A stretch of 24,451 nucleotides of DNA from a virus (lineage: Duplodnaviria; Caudoviricetes): positions 1 to 24,451 of the IMG/VR virus record IMGVR_UViG_3300028844_000215; one strand, written 5' to 3'. Shown here piece after piece: positions 1 to 9,846 of the stretch (the stretch's first letter is position 1; each line of letters begins with the position of its first letter). Below the pieces are notes generated by a model. That model saw only the letters and a list, made by a program, of their open reading frames with translations. It was not told the origin of the DNA and ran no database searches. A program made the translations under genes and the position numbers.

Positions 1-13
1 TTCATAATTTTTC

Positions 14-916
14 CTAACTAAATATTTTTCCGTACAATCCACCAATACCTAACGCTGTACTAAGTGCTGATTGTAAAGGATCTGGAGCTGCTTGCTCTTG
101 ATATTGTTGTCCTGATACACCACCCAATAAACCTGTTAATGTATTTCCGTATTGTGATAATCTTCCATAAGGTTCATAAGCTCCAGTTTGTGCTGCTTGT
201 TGATCAGCAGATAATAAAGCTTGAGATTGACCTTGTCTTAATGCACCAAGAGATCCTAATGCAGAAACGTCTTGACCCATAGATCCTCTACCAAAATCAG
301 ATAAACCAAATTGTTGATTCATTTGATTTCCGTATGCACCAGCTAAACCTTGTTGTGCTGTAGCAATAGATCCTTGATTCATAAAATTTTGTTGTGCTAA
401 TTGATTTGCTTGATTAAAACCTTGTGACAATAATTTTGCCTGAAGAGCTGCTCTGTCGCCCAATACATCTGATTGATATTGACCAAGTTGTGCACCTTCT
501 CTACCACCACCAAAATTACCAGACATAGCTGCTTGATCTCTAATTGCTTGAGCACCTGCTTGACTTTGTTTGTCATACTCTGCAAGTGTTGCATCAATTA
601 CTTGTGTTTGATAAGGGGACATAAATGATTGGTAAGCTTGTGGTCCTGTTAAAGCACCTAATCCACCAATTGTTGCTGCTGATTGTCCTAGAGCCCCGGC
701 TCCTGCTGTCTGTGCAGCTTGTGCTGCTTGCAAGAACGGTTGATAAGATCCAACACCTTGTTGTGCAAGATTGATAGCTTGTGTCTGTAATGGGTCCTCA
801 CCCGCAACAAAACTTCTACCTGTAAATTTCGATGTGTCTATTGGTGCAGAGTATGTGGCTTTCGCCTGATCTGCATAATCTTTTACCGCCGGTTCTAAAT
901 ATTCTTGTACTGACAT
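14..916 (-). CDS. Gln/Gly/Ala-rich putative DNA ejection (pilot/internal virion) protein
   Basis: 300 aa, Q/A/G-rich and probably helical. Has an 'FGGGRE' motif and a hydrophobic C-terminal helix (LQSALSTALGIGGLYGKIFS). Lies downstream of the nozzle gene, where podoviruses place ejection proteins. TAATG coupling at 916. Confidence 0.55.
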   Translation of the reverse strand: MSVQEYLEPAVKDYADQAKATYSAPIDTSKFTGRSFVAGEDPLQTQAINLAQQGVGSYQPFLQAAQAAQTAGAGALGQSAATIGGLGALTGPQAYQSFMSPYQTQVIDATLAEYDKQSQAGAQAIRDQAAMSGNFGGGREGAQLGQYQSDVLGDRAALQAKLLSQGFNQANQLAQQNFMNQGSIATAQQGLAGAYGNQMNQQFGLSDFGRGSMGQDVSALGSLGALRQGQSQALLSADQQAAQTGAYEPYGRLSQYGNTLTGLLGGVSGQQYQEQAAPDPLQSALSTALGIGGLYGKIFS

Positions 917-2484
917 TATATCATCCTTGATTGTAACATTTGTTGTTGTTCATACATAGCTTGTGCTCCTTCTAAACCTTGTGACTCTTCAGAAATTTCA
1001 CCGCCCTGTTCTAAATTATTCATTAAATTTTCCATAACTTCTGCGCCTTTGTCGATATCTCCGCCTCCAGCATTTCTAACAGCATCTGCTGTAAATACAA
1101 ATTCATTTTTAGATAGTCTAGCAGGCACATCATCAGCTCTTTCTTTTCTACCAAGATCTACAAAACCACCTGTTTCTCTGTAATCTTTTTCTTTGCCATC
1201 CATATCAAGTAAAGGCATTACTTCTTCTGCAACTTCAGTTTCCATTATACCGCCTTCTTGTCTACCTATTCTACCGCCATTAGCTTTCATAGTTAATATA
1301 CTTAACATACTAGTTATAATTTCAGGATCTTGACCAGTTAGAGTAGAAATTTCGTCTACTCCTGCTCCTCTATTTTTCATATCTACGATCATAGAAAGTG
1401 TTTCCTCATCCATATCTGGAAACATGTCTTGCACCATAAATTTATTTTTTTGTTCTTGGTTATCTCCTAACATATTTTCAGTTTTTCCAGAAAATATTTG
1501 TCCAACTGCACTAGGGAAAGATTTTATTACGTCTAAAATTCCGATATCGGACTCACCTGCATAACCAGGTCTTGAACCATCACTACTTGGACTTACTAAT
1601 TGTCCACCAGCGTAACCTATTCTTCCGCCATTAGCTGCCATAGCCATAGGTTGCTCCATACCCGCACCTTCTGGTGCTTGTTGTTGCATTACTGCTTTTA
1701 CAAATTGTTCAAAAGATAAATCTCCACCTTTGTTTTTGTATTTAACATATTCCATCATAAGCATTTGTTCTGCTTGAGCTTGACCTGCGCCACCACCCAT
1801 ATTTAAAAATGTTTTTGGTTGTCTTCTAGACATACCTGCACCTGATCTTATAAATTCTTCTTCATCATCTTCTTCGACCATCATGCCGTTGGCATAACCT
1901 GCACGACCACCGTCAGCAGCATAAAAATTTTGCATTACATATTTTTTCTCTGGCATAAAATCTAAACCAGCACCTGCCTCACCTTTACCACTGTAAAAAT
2001 CTTTAGCACGTTGAACTTGAAATCTTGGGTCCATAACTTCTACGTCTTCTTCTACTTCTTCATCACCACCACCCATTAAAAATGGTAAAGCTGTTGCTAG
2101 TGCACCACCAGTAAGAAACGCTCTCTTACCAGAAAATTCTCCGGCTTTTCCAAAGAGACCACCGCCTCCACCAAAAATACCACCGTCAGAACCTAAGAAC
2201 AATTTACCGGCACCACCCATGATATTTTTTAATCCAAAGTTTTTCATTCCACCACCTGCTAACTGTGATAAAAACTTACCTTTGCCTGCAGCACCTAAAG
2301 CACCTAAACCATATGCTCCAGCACCTAATAAAGCTAGTTTACCTATAGGACTTTTAACAACTTTCTTTACAGCACGACCAGCTTTCTTTACAAGTTTACC
2401 TAAGAAATAACCTTGTCTAGGGTCTTGTAGGGAACCTAATCCACCTTGCATTTGTTGGGGTTGTTGCATTCTAGATATAGCCAT
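916..2484 (-). CDS. Putative internal virion/ejection protein with repeated A-x-GGR motifs and a tape-measure-like C-terminal module
   Basis: 522 aa. N-terminal cationic amphipathic and Gly-rich hydrophobic segments; three (A/K)A(D/N)GGR(I/A)G repeats; C-terminal TGGFV...DDVPARLSKNEFVFTADAV module. Confidence 0.6.
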   Translation of the reverse strand: MAISRMQQPQQMQGGLGSLQDPRQGYFLGKLVKKAGRAVKKVVKSPIGKLALLGAGAYGLGALGAAGKGKFLSQLAGGGMKNFGLKNIMGGAGKLFLGSDGGIFGGGGGLFGKAGEFSGKRAFLTGGALATALPFLMGGGDEEVEEDVEVMDPRFQVQRAKDFYSGKGEAGAGLDFMPEKKYVMQNFYAADGGRAGYANGMMVEEDDEEEFIRSGAGMSRRQPKTFLNMGGGAGQAQAEQMLMMEYVKYKNKGGDLSFEQFVKAVMQQQAPEGAGMEQPMAMAANGGRIGYAGGQLVSPSSDGSRPGYAGESDIGILDVIKSFPSAVGQIFSGKTENMLGDNQEQKNKFMVQDMFPDMDEETLSMIVDMKNRGAGVDEISTLTGQDPEIITSMLSILTMKANGGRIGRQEGGIMETEVAEEVMPLLDMDGKEKDYRETGGFVDLGRKERADDVPARLSKNEFVFTADAVRNAGGGDIDKGAEVMENLMNNLEQGGEISEESQGLEGAQAMYEQQQMLQSRMI

Positions 2485-2506
2485 AATTTTACCTTAATTT
2501 CTATGT

Positions 2507-2674
2507 TTACTTGGTTTTGCTCATTAAATCAAGAGGCGGCATGACAACATTTACGTCCTGAGCCATGTCTTCATTCTTATACCCCTTGGCTTCCCAGTCT
2601 TTTCTTTCCTTAAAAAGCTCGCCTGTTTGCTTGTGTCTGTACGTAGTCTCTACTTTAGCTTCTTTTATTTCCAT
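2507..2674 (-). CDS. Small hypothetical protein (55 aa, not in ORF track)
   Basis: Hand translation: MEIKEAKVETTYRHKQTGELFKERKDWEAKGYKNEDMAQDVNVVMPPLDLMSKTK. ATG overlaps the upstream stop (TAATG) and GGAG lies upstream. Confidence 0.75.
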   Translation of the reverse strand: MEIKEAKVETTYRHKQTGELFKERKDWEAKGYKNEDMAQDVNVVMPPLDLMSKTK

Positions 2675-3033
2675 TAATCTAATCTCTCCTTTTTGATATT
2701 TAGATAACTAATAGCAATATCGAACGAATCGGCAGTGCTAGATGTTATTTTTAGGGTAGTGTCACCCTCTACTATTAACGGTTGAGTTAATAATTCTTGT
2801 GTCACGTCGGCTGTTAAAGTTGCTGTTTTAATGGTTGTAATATCATTATTTGCGATAGTCACGGTCGGTGTGCCTGCAGAAGTAACTTTAATAGATTTAA
2901 TAATATATGTTTCATTTATCAATGGGTTTTGTTTTGAAACTCCTTCTACAGTAGAGGTTCCAAACATAGTTTGTGCTGCAGTAGATGTTATATTGTCTAC
3001 CCCATAAAATTTATATATGTTAGATACTGTCAT
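2674..3033 (-). CDS. Hypothetical beta-rich virion protein
   Basis: 119 aa, Thr/Ile-rich, TAATG-coupled on both sides. Confidence 0.7.
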   Translation of the reverse strand: MTVSNIYKFYGVDNITSTAAQTMFGTSTVEGVSKQNPLINETYIIKSIKVTSAGTPTVTIANNDITTIKTATLTADVTQELLTQPLIVEGDTTLKITSSTADSFDIAISYLNIKKERLD

Positions 3034-3197
3034 TATTCTAGAAAGAAACTTTTAGCTTCTATTTCCTGTTTAATTTCTTCTTGAAATGAAGTGTTTAATT
3101 TTGTTATTACTGAATCTAGATCTCTAACTAAAGACTGTAAATTTTCTTGACTGTATTCACGTTCAGCTTTGGTTAATGAATTTACAATTTTTGCCAT
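3033..3197 (-). CDS. Small coiled-coil hypothetical protein (54 aa, not in ORF track)
   Basis: Hand translation: MAKIVNSLTKAEREYSQENLQSLVRDLDSVITKLNTSFQEEIKQEIEAKSFFLE. Fills the gap exactly with TAATG overlaps at both ends; GGAGGAG upstream. Confidence 0.8.
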   Translation of the reverse strand: MAKIVNSLTKAEREYSQENLQSLVRDLDSVITKLNTSFQEEIKQEIEAKSFFLE

Positions 3198-4297
3198 TAC
3201 TCTCCTCCACCTGGATCAAACGGATCACTGTAAGAAGTATCGTCGCTAGGGTCATAACTTCCAGAATAACCTGAGTCTTGTCCTGTTTGATTCTGATAAG
3301 CATCTTGAATAGTGTTATAATCTTTTCGTGATTGAGCCTGTTGTAGTGAATTTAATTCGGCTGCTTTTTCTTCTCTAAGTTTATCTAGTCTATCTCTTAA
3401 TACTTGAGAATCTTTTCGTTTTAATGTGTCTTGTATTGTGTTTATTCTTTTTTCATAAGCTCTTTGTAAACCATATTTTGTAGGGCTTCCAAATCTACCA
3501 CCTGTTATTGTATTTAAAAATCCACCAGACACGGGATTATAACCTGTCATTAATCCAGAGGCTATACTTCCTGTACTAGTTAAATTACCTTGGCCGCCGT
3601 AGTAGTCTCTTATAGATGTGGCTCTTGGATCGTTTTGTGGAAGTGCTTTTAAAATTCCTTGCATTATACTCTTGTCTCCAACAAAAGGTATGTAGTCCAT
3701 AAAATTAAATTTTTCATCTTCTTCATCTTCAAACATGCCACCTTTAAAATTTTGATTACCATACATATCAATCAATTCTTCATCTGTATAATTAGGTTTA
3801 AAACCTTTTAAACCTAGTTGAGTTATTTCTTCATCAGTATATCTATTATAGTCTGGATTATAATCTCTGTATTTTGCAATTAAATCTGCGGTTCCTTCAT
3901 TGGGATATGCAGCATCCATATCTGCTCTAAGCTTGTCTACTATTTTTTGATTTAAAGGATCCATCATAGGGTTTCTATTATAGTCTGTTAATTTTTGTCC
4001 ATACGGATCAGAGAAAGGACCTGTTTCAAACATCTGTTTATTAAAATCTGATTGACTCATATTTAAAAAAGGAGAAGCACCAGGAGCCCCTATCGTTTCA
4101 TCATAACCTGATCCATAAATATTGTTGAAGTTACCGCCACTATCCATACCACTACTATTCATAAAAGCATTTGTATTTACAATACCTAAATTAGTTACAG
4201 GTTCTTGATCTTGAGGTAATTCAAAAGGATATTTTAAATACTGTTGTTCTGGAATATATTTTAAACCTTGATCTCTTATCTCTTGGTCAGTAGCCAT
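3197..4297 (-). CDS. Hypothetical protein, possibly internal virion protein
   Basis: 366 aa, acidic and low-complexity with a C-terminal coiled-coil. Coupled to the nozzle gene by TAATG. Confidence 0.6.
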   Translation of the reverse strand: MATDQEIRDQGLKYIPEQQYLKYPFELPQDQEPVTNLGIVNTNAFMNSSGMDSGGNFNNIYGSGYDETIGAPGASPFLNMSQSDFNKQMFETGPFSDPYGQKLTDYNRNPMMDPLNQKIVDKLRADMDAAYPNEGTADLIAKYRDYNPDYNRYTDEEITQLGLKGFKPNYTDEELIDMYGNQNFKGGMFEDEEDEKFNFMDYIPFVGDKSIMQGILKALPQNDPRATSIRDYYGGQGNLTSTGSIASGLMTGYNPVSGGFLNTITGGRFGSPTKYGLQRAYEKRINTIQDTLKRKDSQVLRDRLDKLREEKAAELNSLQQAQSRKDYNTIQDAYQNQTGQDSGYSGSYDPSDDTSYSDPFDPGGGE

Positions 4298-6477
4298 TAT
4301 CTTCTTCCTCCTGGGGATATATCTAATCTAAACGTCCCTAACTTCCAATCTTCATTTGCACCCGTGTTTGCAACTTCTAATGCAATTTGTCTTGCTCTTA
4401 CTCTTACATCTTTTTTTGTTGTAGAGGAAGTACAATTGAAACTATTGGTAACTTGTGTGCTATTTGGATACAATCTTGTTTTAAATTTAATAGCTGTTGT
4501 TCCTGTTTGATCTATAAAATCTGGTATAAATCTGCTTATTCTCATTATGAACTCTCCGTCTCCTCTTAAATCTGGCATACCTACTGTCTGTCCCGTGCTG
4601 CTTCTACGTTGTGTAATATCAAAATCACCAGAAGATATGTTTGCTATTATAGCTGTAACAGCTCCACCGGCGTCAACTTGATCGGTCCCTGTTTCATGCT
4701 CATAGTATATTGTACAGCCATCGGTATTACCAACAACATCATAAGAACTATTGCTAGATGAATCATAAAAAGTTGCATGTGGTTTACCAAACAAGGCAGA
4801 ATCTTCCCACGCTGTTCTTGCTAATGTACCCGTTGTCCAAATAGGTCTGTTAGCGGATGAGTCTAAATAATTATATGTGACTACTTTATTAATTAGGTTG
4901 GATGCAGAGCCACAATAAAACCAATTAACTTCTCCGAATAAATTATTTAAACCACAGTTTATTAAATCTCTTGCCGTAGTATTAATATCGTCATATACAA
5001 AATCTTCTACTAGACAAGGTAATGATTTTAATTGTCCATCATAAGTAAAGAAACCATTTTCCGACATCCAATAAGCTTTACCATCTACTTCTACACAAGC
5101 ATTCTTACCTATGAGTCCACAGTTTGTACCTACTTGTTGAAAAGAGAAAGTAAAAGGCGCACCAACAAATTGCATTAAAAATAATGCTGTATCTGTCCAA
5201 ACATAAATTGCGTCTCTACCTTTAATGGCTCCCATGATCCGTGATCCATCAGCTAATCTTTGTGTACCGGCGGTATTGTTTGCAGTTACAGTATAAGAGT
5301 CTGTTTGATCAATACTTTCTTGGTCAGAGAATCTAATAAACATATCGTCTTGAGTAGCACTATTACCTACTGTTGTTTCTGTGCCAAAAAATACTAAGTG
5401 TCTATCTGGTGTAGATACTAAAACATGTCTCGATGCCGTAGGTGCGTTAGGTAAAAGAGTTGCTCTAACGTTAACAGCATTTGTTGGAGATCCATCCCAT
5501 TCAAAACAAGGACCGTTATAAATAAGTGCTATTAGTTTTTGACCGTAATTATCTAAAATCCATAGTCCAGGATCAATAGTAAAGTCTTCAGCTGTTGAAG
5601 ATTCTCCCCATGCAACGTATTCAGAAATATTTGTAACCGTAGCACCTAAAGTATGTGTAGCTGCGGTCGTTCCATTAACTCCTCTTGCTCCTCCACTTAA
5701 AGTGTTGGTGCTGGTGTCATTCGCCGTGTAACTTATATCTTCATTATCTATTCTAATTTCTCCCGATGTTGGAAAAGCTGAAGTGCTAGATAAAACTATG
5801 TTTGTAGTAGTGGTATCAGTTAACGCTGTAGCAAGAGTAGTGGTTGCTGCTCCACTTGTTTGACCGCTCCAGTTACCTGCTCCGTATCCAAAACCACCCA
5901 GTTGTTGAGAGGGACCAACATTGTAATAACATAAAACAGAAGCTGATCCACCATTTGTTACAGGAGTTCCTGCCTCTGCAGTGTTCATAGTAATTGTAAA
6001 TGTAGTTGCACTTGGAACTGAGGCAACCATAAATTTTACATCTTCAAAGGTTGCGTTGGTAAATGTAGATCCGCTTAATCCTGTTACACTATCAAATAAA
6101 ACAATATCATCTTCTAATAATCCGTGAGTCCCGGTGCATGTTACGGTAACCGTTGTAGATGAAGCGGTGCTTGTAAAATTAGCTCCTGTTAAAGTTGCTC
6201 GAATGGGGTGAATATCATAATACTGACCACCAACATAAACATATAAAATTTTATTAGTGCCTATAACAGAATACTTAACACTGGCTTTGTTTTCAAATTG
6301 ATGTATTGCTCTTGCAGAACCTGTTAATTTATCTTCACCTAATTGAGTCCAACCACCTATTTTCTCTGGTGTACCGTACCTAAAACGTACATTGTCCCCA
6401 TCAAACCATTGCCCTTCAGCTCCGGTTTCTGTGACTTGTTTATTAAATCCTGGTGCAAAGCCTAGTTTTTGTAGCAT
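4297..6477 (-). CDS. Tail nozzle / head-stabilisation protein (P22 gp10- or tail tubular B-like)
   Basis: 726 aa. N-terminal W-F-D-G-D-N-V-R-F...PEKIGGW, propeller-like motifs (IRFSDQE, VWTDTAL, YWMSENGFFTYDG) and C-terminal RVRARQ...WKLG...GRR, typical of podovirus nozzle proteins. Confidence 0.65.
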   Translation of the reverse strand: MLQKLGFAPGFNKQVTETGAEGQWFDGDNVRFRYGTPEKIGGWTQLGEDKLTGSARAIHQFENKASVKYSVIGTNKILYVYVGGQYYDIHPIRATLTGANFTSTASSTTVTVTCTGTHGLLEDDIVLFDSVTGLSGSTFTNATFEDVKFMVASVPSATTFTITMNTAEAGTPVTNGGSASVLCYYNVGPSQQLGGFGYGAGNWSGQTSGAATTTLATALTDTTTTNIVLSSTSAFPTSGEIRIDNEDISYTANDTSTNTLSGGARGVNGTTAATHTLGATVTNISEYVAWGESSTAEDFTIDPGLWILDNYGQKLIALIYNGPCFEWDGSPTNAVNVRATLLPNAPTASRHVLVSTPDRHLVFFGTETTVGNSATQDDMFIRFSDQESIDQTDSYTVTANNTAGTQRLADGSRIMGAIKGRDAIYVWTDTALFLMQFVGAPFTFSFQQVGTNCGLIGKNACVEVDGKAYWMSENGFFTYDGQLKSLPCLVEDFVYDDINTTARDLINCGLNNLFGEVNWFYCGSASNLINKVVTYNYLDSSANRPIWTTGTLARTAWEDSALFGKPHATFYDSSSNSSYDVVGNTDGCTIYYEHETGTDQVDAGGAVTAIIANISSGDFDITQRRSSTGQTVGMPDLRGDGEFIMRISRFIPDFIDQTGTTAIKFKTRLYPNSTQVTNSFNCTSSTTKKDVRVRARQIALEVANTGANEDWKLGTFRLDISPGGRR

Positions 6478-6511
6478 AATAATCCCTTATATATTGAGAT
6501 CTAATTAAAAT

Positions 6512-7018
6512 CTAGCCCTTATTACCATTCCAAACATCAAAGGAACAGTTGAAAGCTATCACAGTTTTACGCTTTTTAGAGTCATTTTTTTTAGAACGGT
6601 GATACTTATATGATGGAAATATTAATATATCCCCCTCTTTTGCTTTTATTTTAGAACCATCTAAAAATTCTGTGACCATAGATTTACTGGGCATTTCTAA
6701 ATAATAAACTCCTGCAAATTGAGATTCACCATGATTATGCCATCCATGAGTATCCCCTTGATGATATTGTTGAAACCAACTTGAATGAATCCTCCAATTT
6801 TTTGAATGAAAATTTTCACATAACATAAGCATATGTTGTTTAATGTTGTCATAAAAAATATCTAAATATTCTCTTTTTACGGAAGCAGATAAATAAAAAT
6901 CAGTATGAGATATTTTATTATTCTCATGTTCAGTTAATGAAAATTTAGGAACCTTGCTAATAGCTTCTAATAATTTATTTTTTATTAATGTATGATTCTT
7001 AAGAGGATGTACCCACAT
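6512..7018 (-). CDS. Putative 2OG-Fe(II) oxygenase (TIGR02466-like)
   Basis: W-F-Q-Q-Y...H-N-H, GVYYL, GDILIFPSYKYH and a terminal R-K-T-V-I-A-F-N strand: double-stranded beta-helix with HxH...H metal ligands. Confidence 0.8.
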   Translation of the reverse strand: MWVHPLKNHTLIKNKLLEAISKVPKFSLTEHENNKISHTDFYLSASVKREYLDIFYDNIKQHMLMLCENFHSKNWRIHSSWFQQYHQGDTHGWHNHGESQFAGVYYLEMPSKSMVTEFLDGSKIKAKEGDILIFPSYKYHRSKKNDSKKRKTVIAFNCSFDVWNGNKG

Positions 7019-7677
7019 TATATTTTATATTGTCCTACTGTTTCCCCATTCTTTATTATTTCTCCATATTTACCTCTTAATATTGCATCAAATGCAAGAG
7101 TTACTCTAGATTTATTGGAGGTGTTTGCATCTACATAGTGAAATAAATAAGATGGAAACAATACTAATTTATCTTTTTCCCATATTGATTCTAAGACATT
7201 ACAGTTTATTGGATTGTATTTTTCAATAATCGGTAAATTTGGTAAAGCGTATGGTCTTAGAAATTTTAAAGGAGCAAATTCTCCAGTCTCTCCACCTAAA
7301 TAAAATACACCACTTATGAAAGTATTCATGTGATTATGTGGAGGATGATTCATCTTTTTTTCGTTTGAATTTAACCACATAGACACGATGTCTACTTTAT
7401 ATCCTTTTTTAATCTTAAAATAATTTTCTGCTAATATAGAAACGCTTAACTTTATTTTTTTTGTAAGATCTTTAAAGAAAGGATCTTTTTGTAAGTTGAT
7501 AGTTTGACCACCTTTTGGATTATAATATTTTGTTTTTTTAATGTTTAATTTATCAGACATCCCTGGATAAACTACTTCAAAGGTAGGTGTCATAAAATGA
7601 CCACATAGTTTAGGATATAGCTCCACATGTTTTGGTAGAGGCACACTATACATAAATTGTTTAGCTTTTTTTGGCAT
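7018..7677 (-). CDS. Putative 2OG-Fe(II) oxygenase (TIGR02466-like)
   Basis: MWLN...HPPHNH...ISGVFYL...LVLFPSYLFHYV...RVTLAFD. Exact start uncertain. Confidence 0.85.
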   Translation of the reverse strand: MPKKAKQFMYSVPLPKHVELYPKLCGHFMTPTFEVVYPGMSDKLNIKKTKYYNPKGGQTINLQKDPFFKDLTKKIKLSVSILAENYFKIKKGYKVDIVSMWLNSNEKKMNHPPHNHMNTFISGVFYLGGETGEFAPLKFLRPYALPNLPIIEKYNPINCNVLESIWEKDKLVLFPSYLFHYVDANTSNKSRVTLAFDAILRGKYGEIIKNGETVGQYKI

Positions 7678-7686
7678 CTTTAAAAT

Positions 7687-8301
7687 TTATTTAAAAGGAG
7701 AACCTATCGTCCACATAACTAAACTCTTTCTAGTTCCTTTTGTTACTGGTGTTACTCTATGCCATACATAAGATGGAAATATTATCAAGTCACCTTGATT
7801 AGTTAATTCAGTGGCCTTTTTAATATTATTACCTTTTTTATTATTTCTAAAATCAAACTCAAAATCACCACCTTCATATTTACTTGTATCATTTAGAAGT
7901 AAAGTACAACTTAGTTTTCTTGTCTTACCATTAAAATTAATATCATCGCTTTTATACGGTTCACTTGATTGATCACAATGCCAATCGTAATGTTGGTTCT
8001 TTTTATATATAGTATATTGAGCTTCTTCTACCCAATCAAAGTCATAATTCCAATCGGCTGCTTCATTTGCTTTTCTAACATAATATATAATTTGATCATA
8101 AATAGCTTGATCTGAAAAAAATTTTATATCTGAATTTCTTTTTTTAAATAATTTTTCTTTTTCTTTTCCTTTTTTAGGGGTTTTTATTCCGGATATAGTT
8201 CCTTTTATTGGTTTTATTTTTTTTACAATATCCTCAATCTTTTTACAAAAATCTTTATTAACAGCATTTTTAAAATACCAATATCCATGTTTATGTATCA
8301 T
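7687..8301 (-). CDS. 2OG-Fe(II) oxygenase, prolyl-4-hydroxylase/PKHD-like
   Basis: YDWHCD (HxD), RKLSCTLLLND, YEGGDFEF, IFPSYVWHRVTPVTKGTRKSLVMW (distal His and 2OG-binding Arg). Confidence 0.9.
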   Translation of the reverse strand: MIHKHGYWYFKNAVNKDFCKKIEDIVKKIKPIKGTISGIKTPKKGKEKEKLFKKRNSDIKFFSDQAIYDQIIYYVRKANEAADWNYDFDWVEEAQYTIYKKNQHYDWHCDQSSEPYKSDDINFNGKTRKLSCTLLLNDTSKYEGGDFEFDFRNNKKGNNIKKATELTNQGDLIIFPSYVWHRVTPVTKGTRKSLVMWTIGSPFK

Positions 8302-8916
8302 CTAATCTAAATCCCAACTTATAATAATTCTATCTTTTAATTTATTATTTTTCAATTCTACTTTATGTACTAAATACGATCTAAAAATTAATAACATACC
8401 TTCTATTGGTTTATAAAAACATTCAGTAAAAGAATGGTCTTTTTGTAGGTGTTCTTTACTATTATTTGCAGTTACATCAAAAGGATTTTTCATGTCTACT
8501 GGAACAGGAGAATTAAAAACTACTCTAGAATCATTGGGATCACTTTGAAGATAGTAAATAACAGAAATAGTTCTACCTAAATGAACATGGGCGTCTGCTA
8601 GATTATTTTCTTTATACCAATGAAACCACGATTCAACTGGTTTATATTTTTTTGGAAAACCATAAAAACTTGTGTACTCATTTACTCTATTCTGAATCCA
8701 TGAATTTAAATTTTTTAATTTTTTATCTTTGTGACAAGGATGAAGAAAAAAACTAGATTGACCAATAGACTTAGGACAATTAGATTTAATTTTTTCTAAA
8801 TGTTTTATTATTTGTGGAGCGTCTTTATTATGATTTTTATAAAAACTAGCTCCTATCAATGTAGGAAACCAAGCATTTATTTCTAATTCTTTTGATCCTG
8901 AATTTAATTTAAACAT
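8302..8916 (-). CDS. Putative 2OG-Fe(II) oxygenase (TIGR02466-like)
   Basis: WFPT near the N-terminus; SWFHWY...AHVH...ISVIYYL...LLIFRSYLVHKV...RIIISWD. ATG at 8916 preferred over the TTG at 8931. Confidence 0.8.
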   Translation of the reverse strand: MFKLNSGSKELEINAWFPTLIGASFYKNHNKDAPQIIKHLEKIKSNCPKSIGQSSFFLHPCHKDKKLKNLNSWIQNRVNEYTSFYGFPKKYKPVESWFHWYKENNLADAHVHLGRTISVIYYLQSDPNDSRVVFNSPVPVDMKNPFDVTANNSKEHLQKDHSFTECFYKPIEGMLLIFRSYLVHKVELKNNKLKDRIIISWDLD

Positions 8917-8988
8917 CTTTCTGTAATACAAAATTCTTCATTCTGAATTACATATAGCATGTATAGGAAAATAATCAAGTTATAGCGA

Positions 8989-9846
8989 CTACTGAAACCT
9001 GTATTTAATGATCACTGTTCCAGAACCACCAGATGAACCACCAGGCGAATCACAAGATCCTCCAGATCCTCCACCTAATCCGTTAGTTCCACTTCCAACG
9101 CCTCCACCAATAGATCCAGCTCCATTACCGCCTCCACCAGCTCCTCCTGTTCCTGCAGGGGGACCAGATTGACGTGAACCTCCACCGCCTCCAGCGTAAG
9201 TAGTTGAATTTGGAGACCATTCTCTTCCAGCTCCTCCGTTACCAGGTGAGGATCCGTTTGCAGAAGCACCTCCGCCGCCGCCTGATACAGTAGTACCTCC
9301 AGATCCAGTTCCTCCGTTATTTCCAAAACCGGTTAATCCAGCACTATCACCTTGGTTTCCAGAACCTCCTCCAGCTCTAGCACCGCCTCCACCAGAACCT
9401 CCAGAGAGACCAGGGCCTGAACTACCGCCTCCGCCGCCTCCGCCGCCATTAGCAGTTGCTCCATTAAAAGTTGAATTAGATCCACCAGCTCCATTTTGGT
9501 TACCAGTTCTTGTAGCTCCACCTGAGCCAATACTTACTGGGTAAGAACCTTCTGTTAAATTTGTAAAAGTACCTTCTAAATAACCACCAGCACCTCCAGC
9601 ACCTCCATTTCCTGTACCATCTCCACCGCCGCCGCCTCCAGCAACAACTAAAACTTCAACAGGGTAGGCAGAAGGGTCACTGTATTCTGTAGTTACTTCA
9701 AATGTACCTGATGATGTGAATGTATGTATTTTAAAATCTCCTGAAGTAGCTATAGATCCACCTGTAGCTTCCATAAATGTTTCAGAACCTCCTGAAAATC
9801 CAAATCCTCTAGCTGCGGCTCCTCCTCTTGTTCCTAATAATGGCAT
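8989..9846 (-). CDS. Glycine-rich tail fibre / receptor-binding protein
   Basis: ATGG...HTFTSSGTF...VLVVAGGGGGG...GGSGTVIIKY: the common marine-phage Gly-rich (polyglycine II-type) domain. Confidence 0.75.
   Translation of the reverse strand: MPLLGTRGGAAARGFGFSGGSETFMEATGGSIATSGDFKIHTFTSSGTFEVTTEYSDPSAYPVEVLVVAGGGGGGDGTGNGGAGGAGGYLEGTFTNLTEGSYPVSIGSGGATRTGNQNGAGGSNSTFNGATANGGGGGGGGSSGPGLSGGSGGGGARAGGGSGNQGDSAGLTGFGNNGGTGSGGTTVSGGGGGASANGSSPGNGGAGREWSPNSTTYAGGGGGSRQSGPPAGTGGAGGGGNGAGSIGGGVGSGTNGLGGGSGGSCDSPGGSSGGSGTVIIKYRFQ

Noticed and set aside
1-13. Start of a further gene (ATG at 5-3 after AGGA)
   Set aside because: Probably real, but fewer than two codons are inside the window.
8951-8980. 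Possible promoter for the oxygenase array (TTGATT...TATATG)
   Set aside because: The spacer is 16 nt and the -10 lacks the conserved final T, which is too weak to call in AT-rich DNA.
9075-9530. Alternate-frame ORFs 9075-9326 and 9333-9530 (Glu/Val/Leu-rich)
   Set aside because: They are by-products of GGN/GGA codon runs in the glycine-rich gene.
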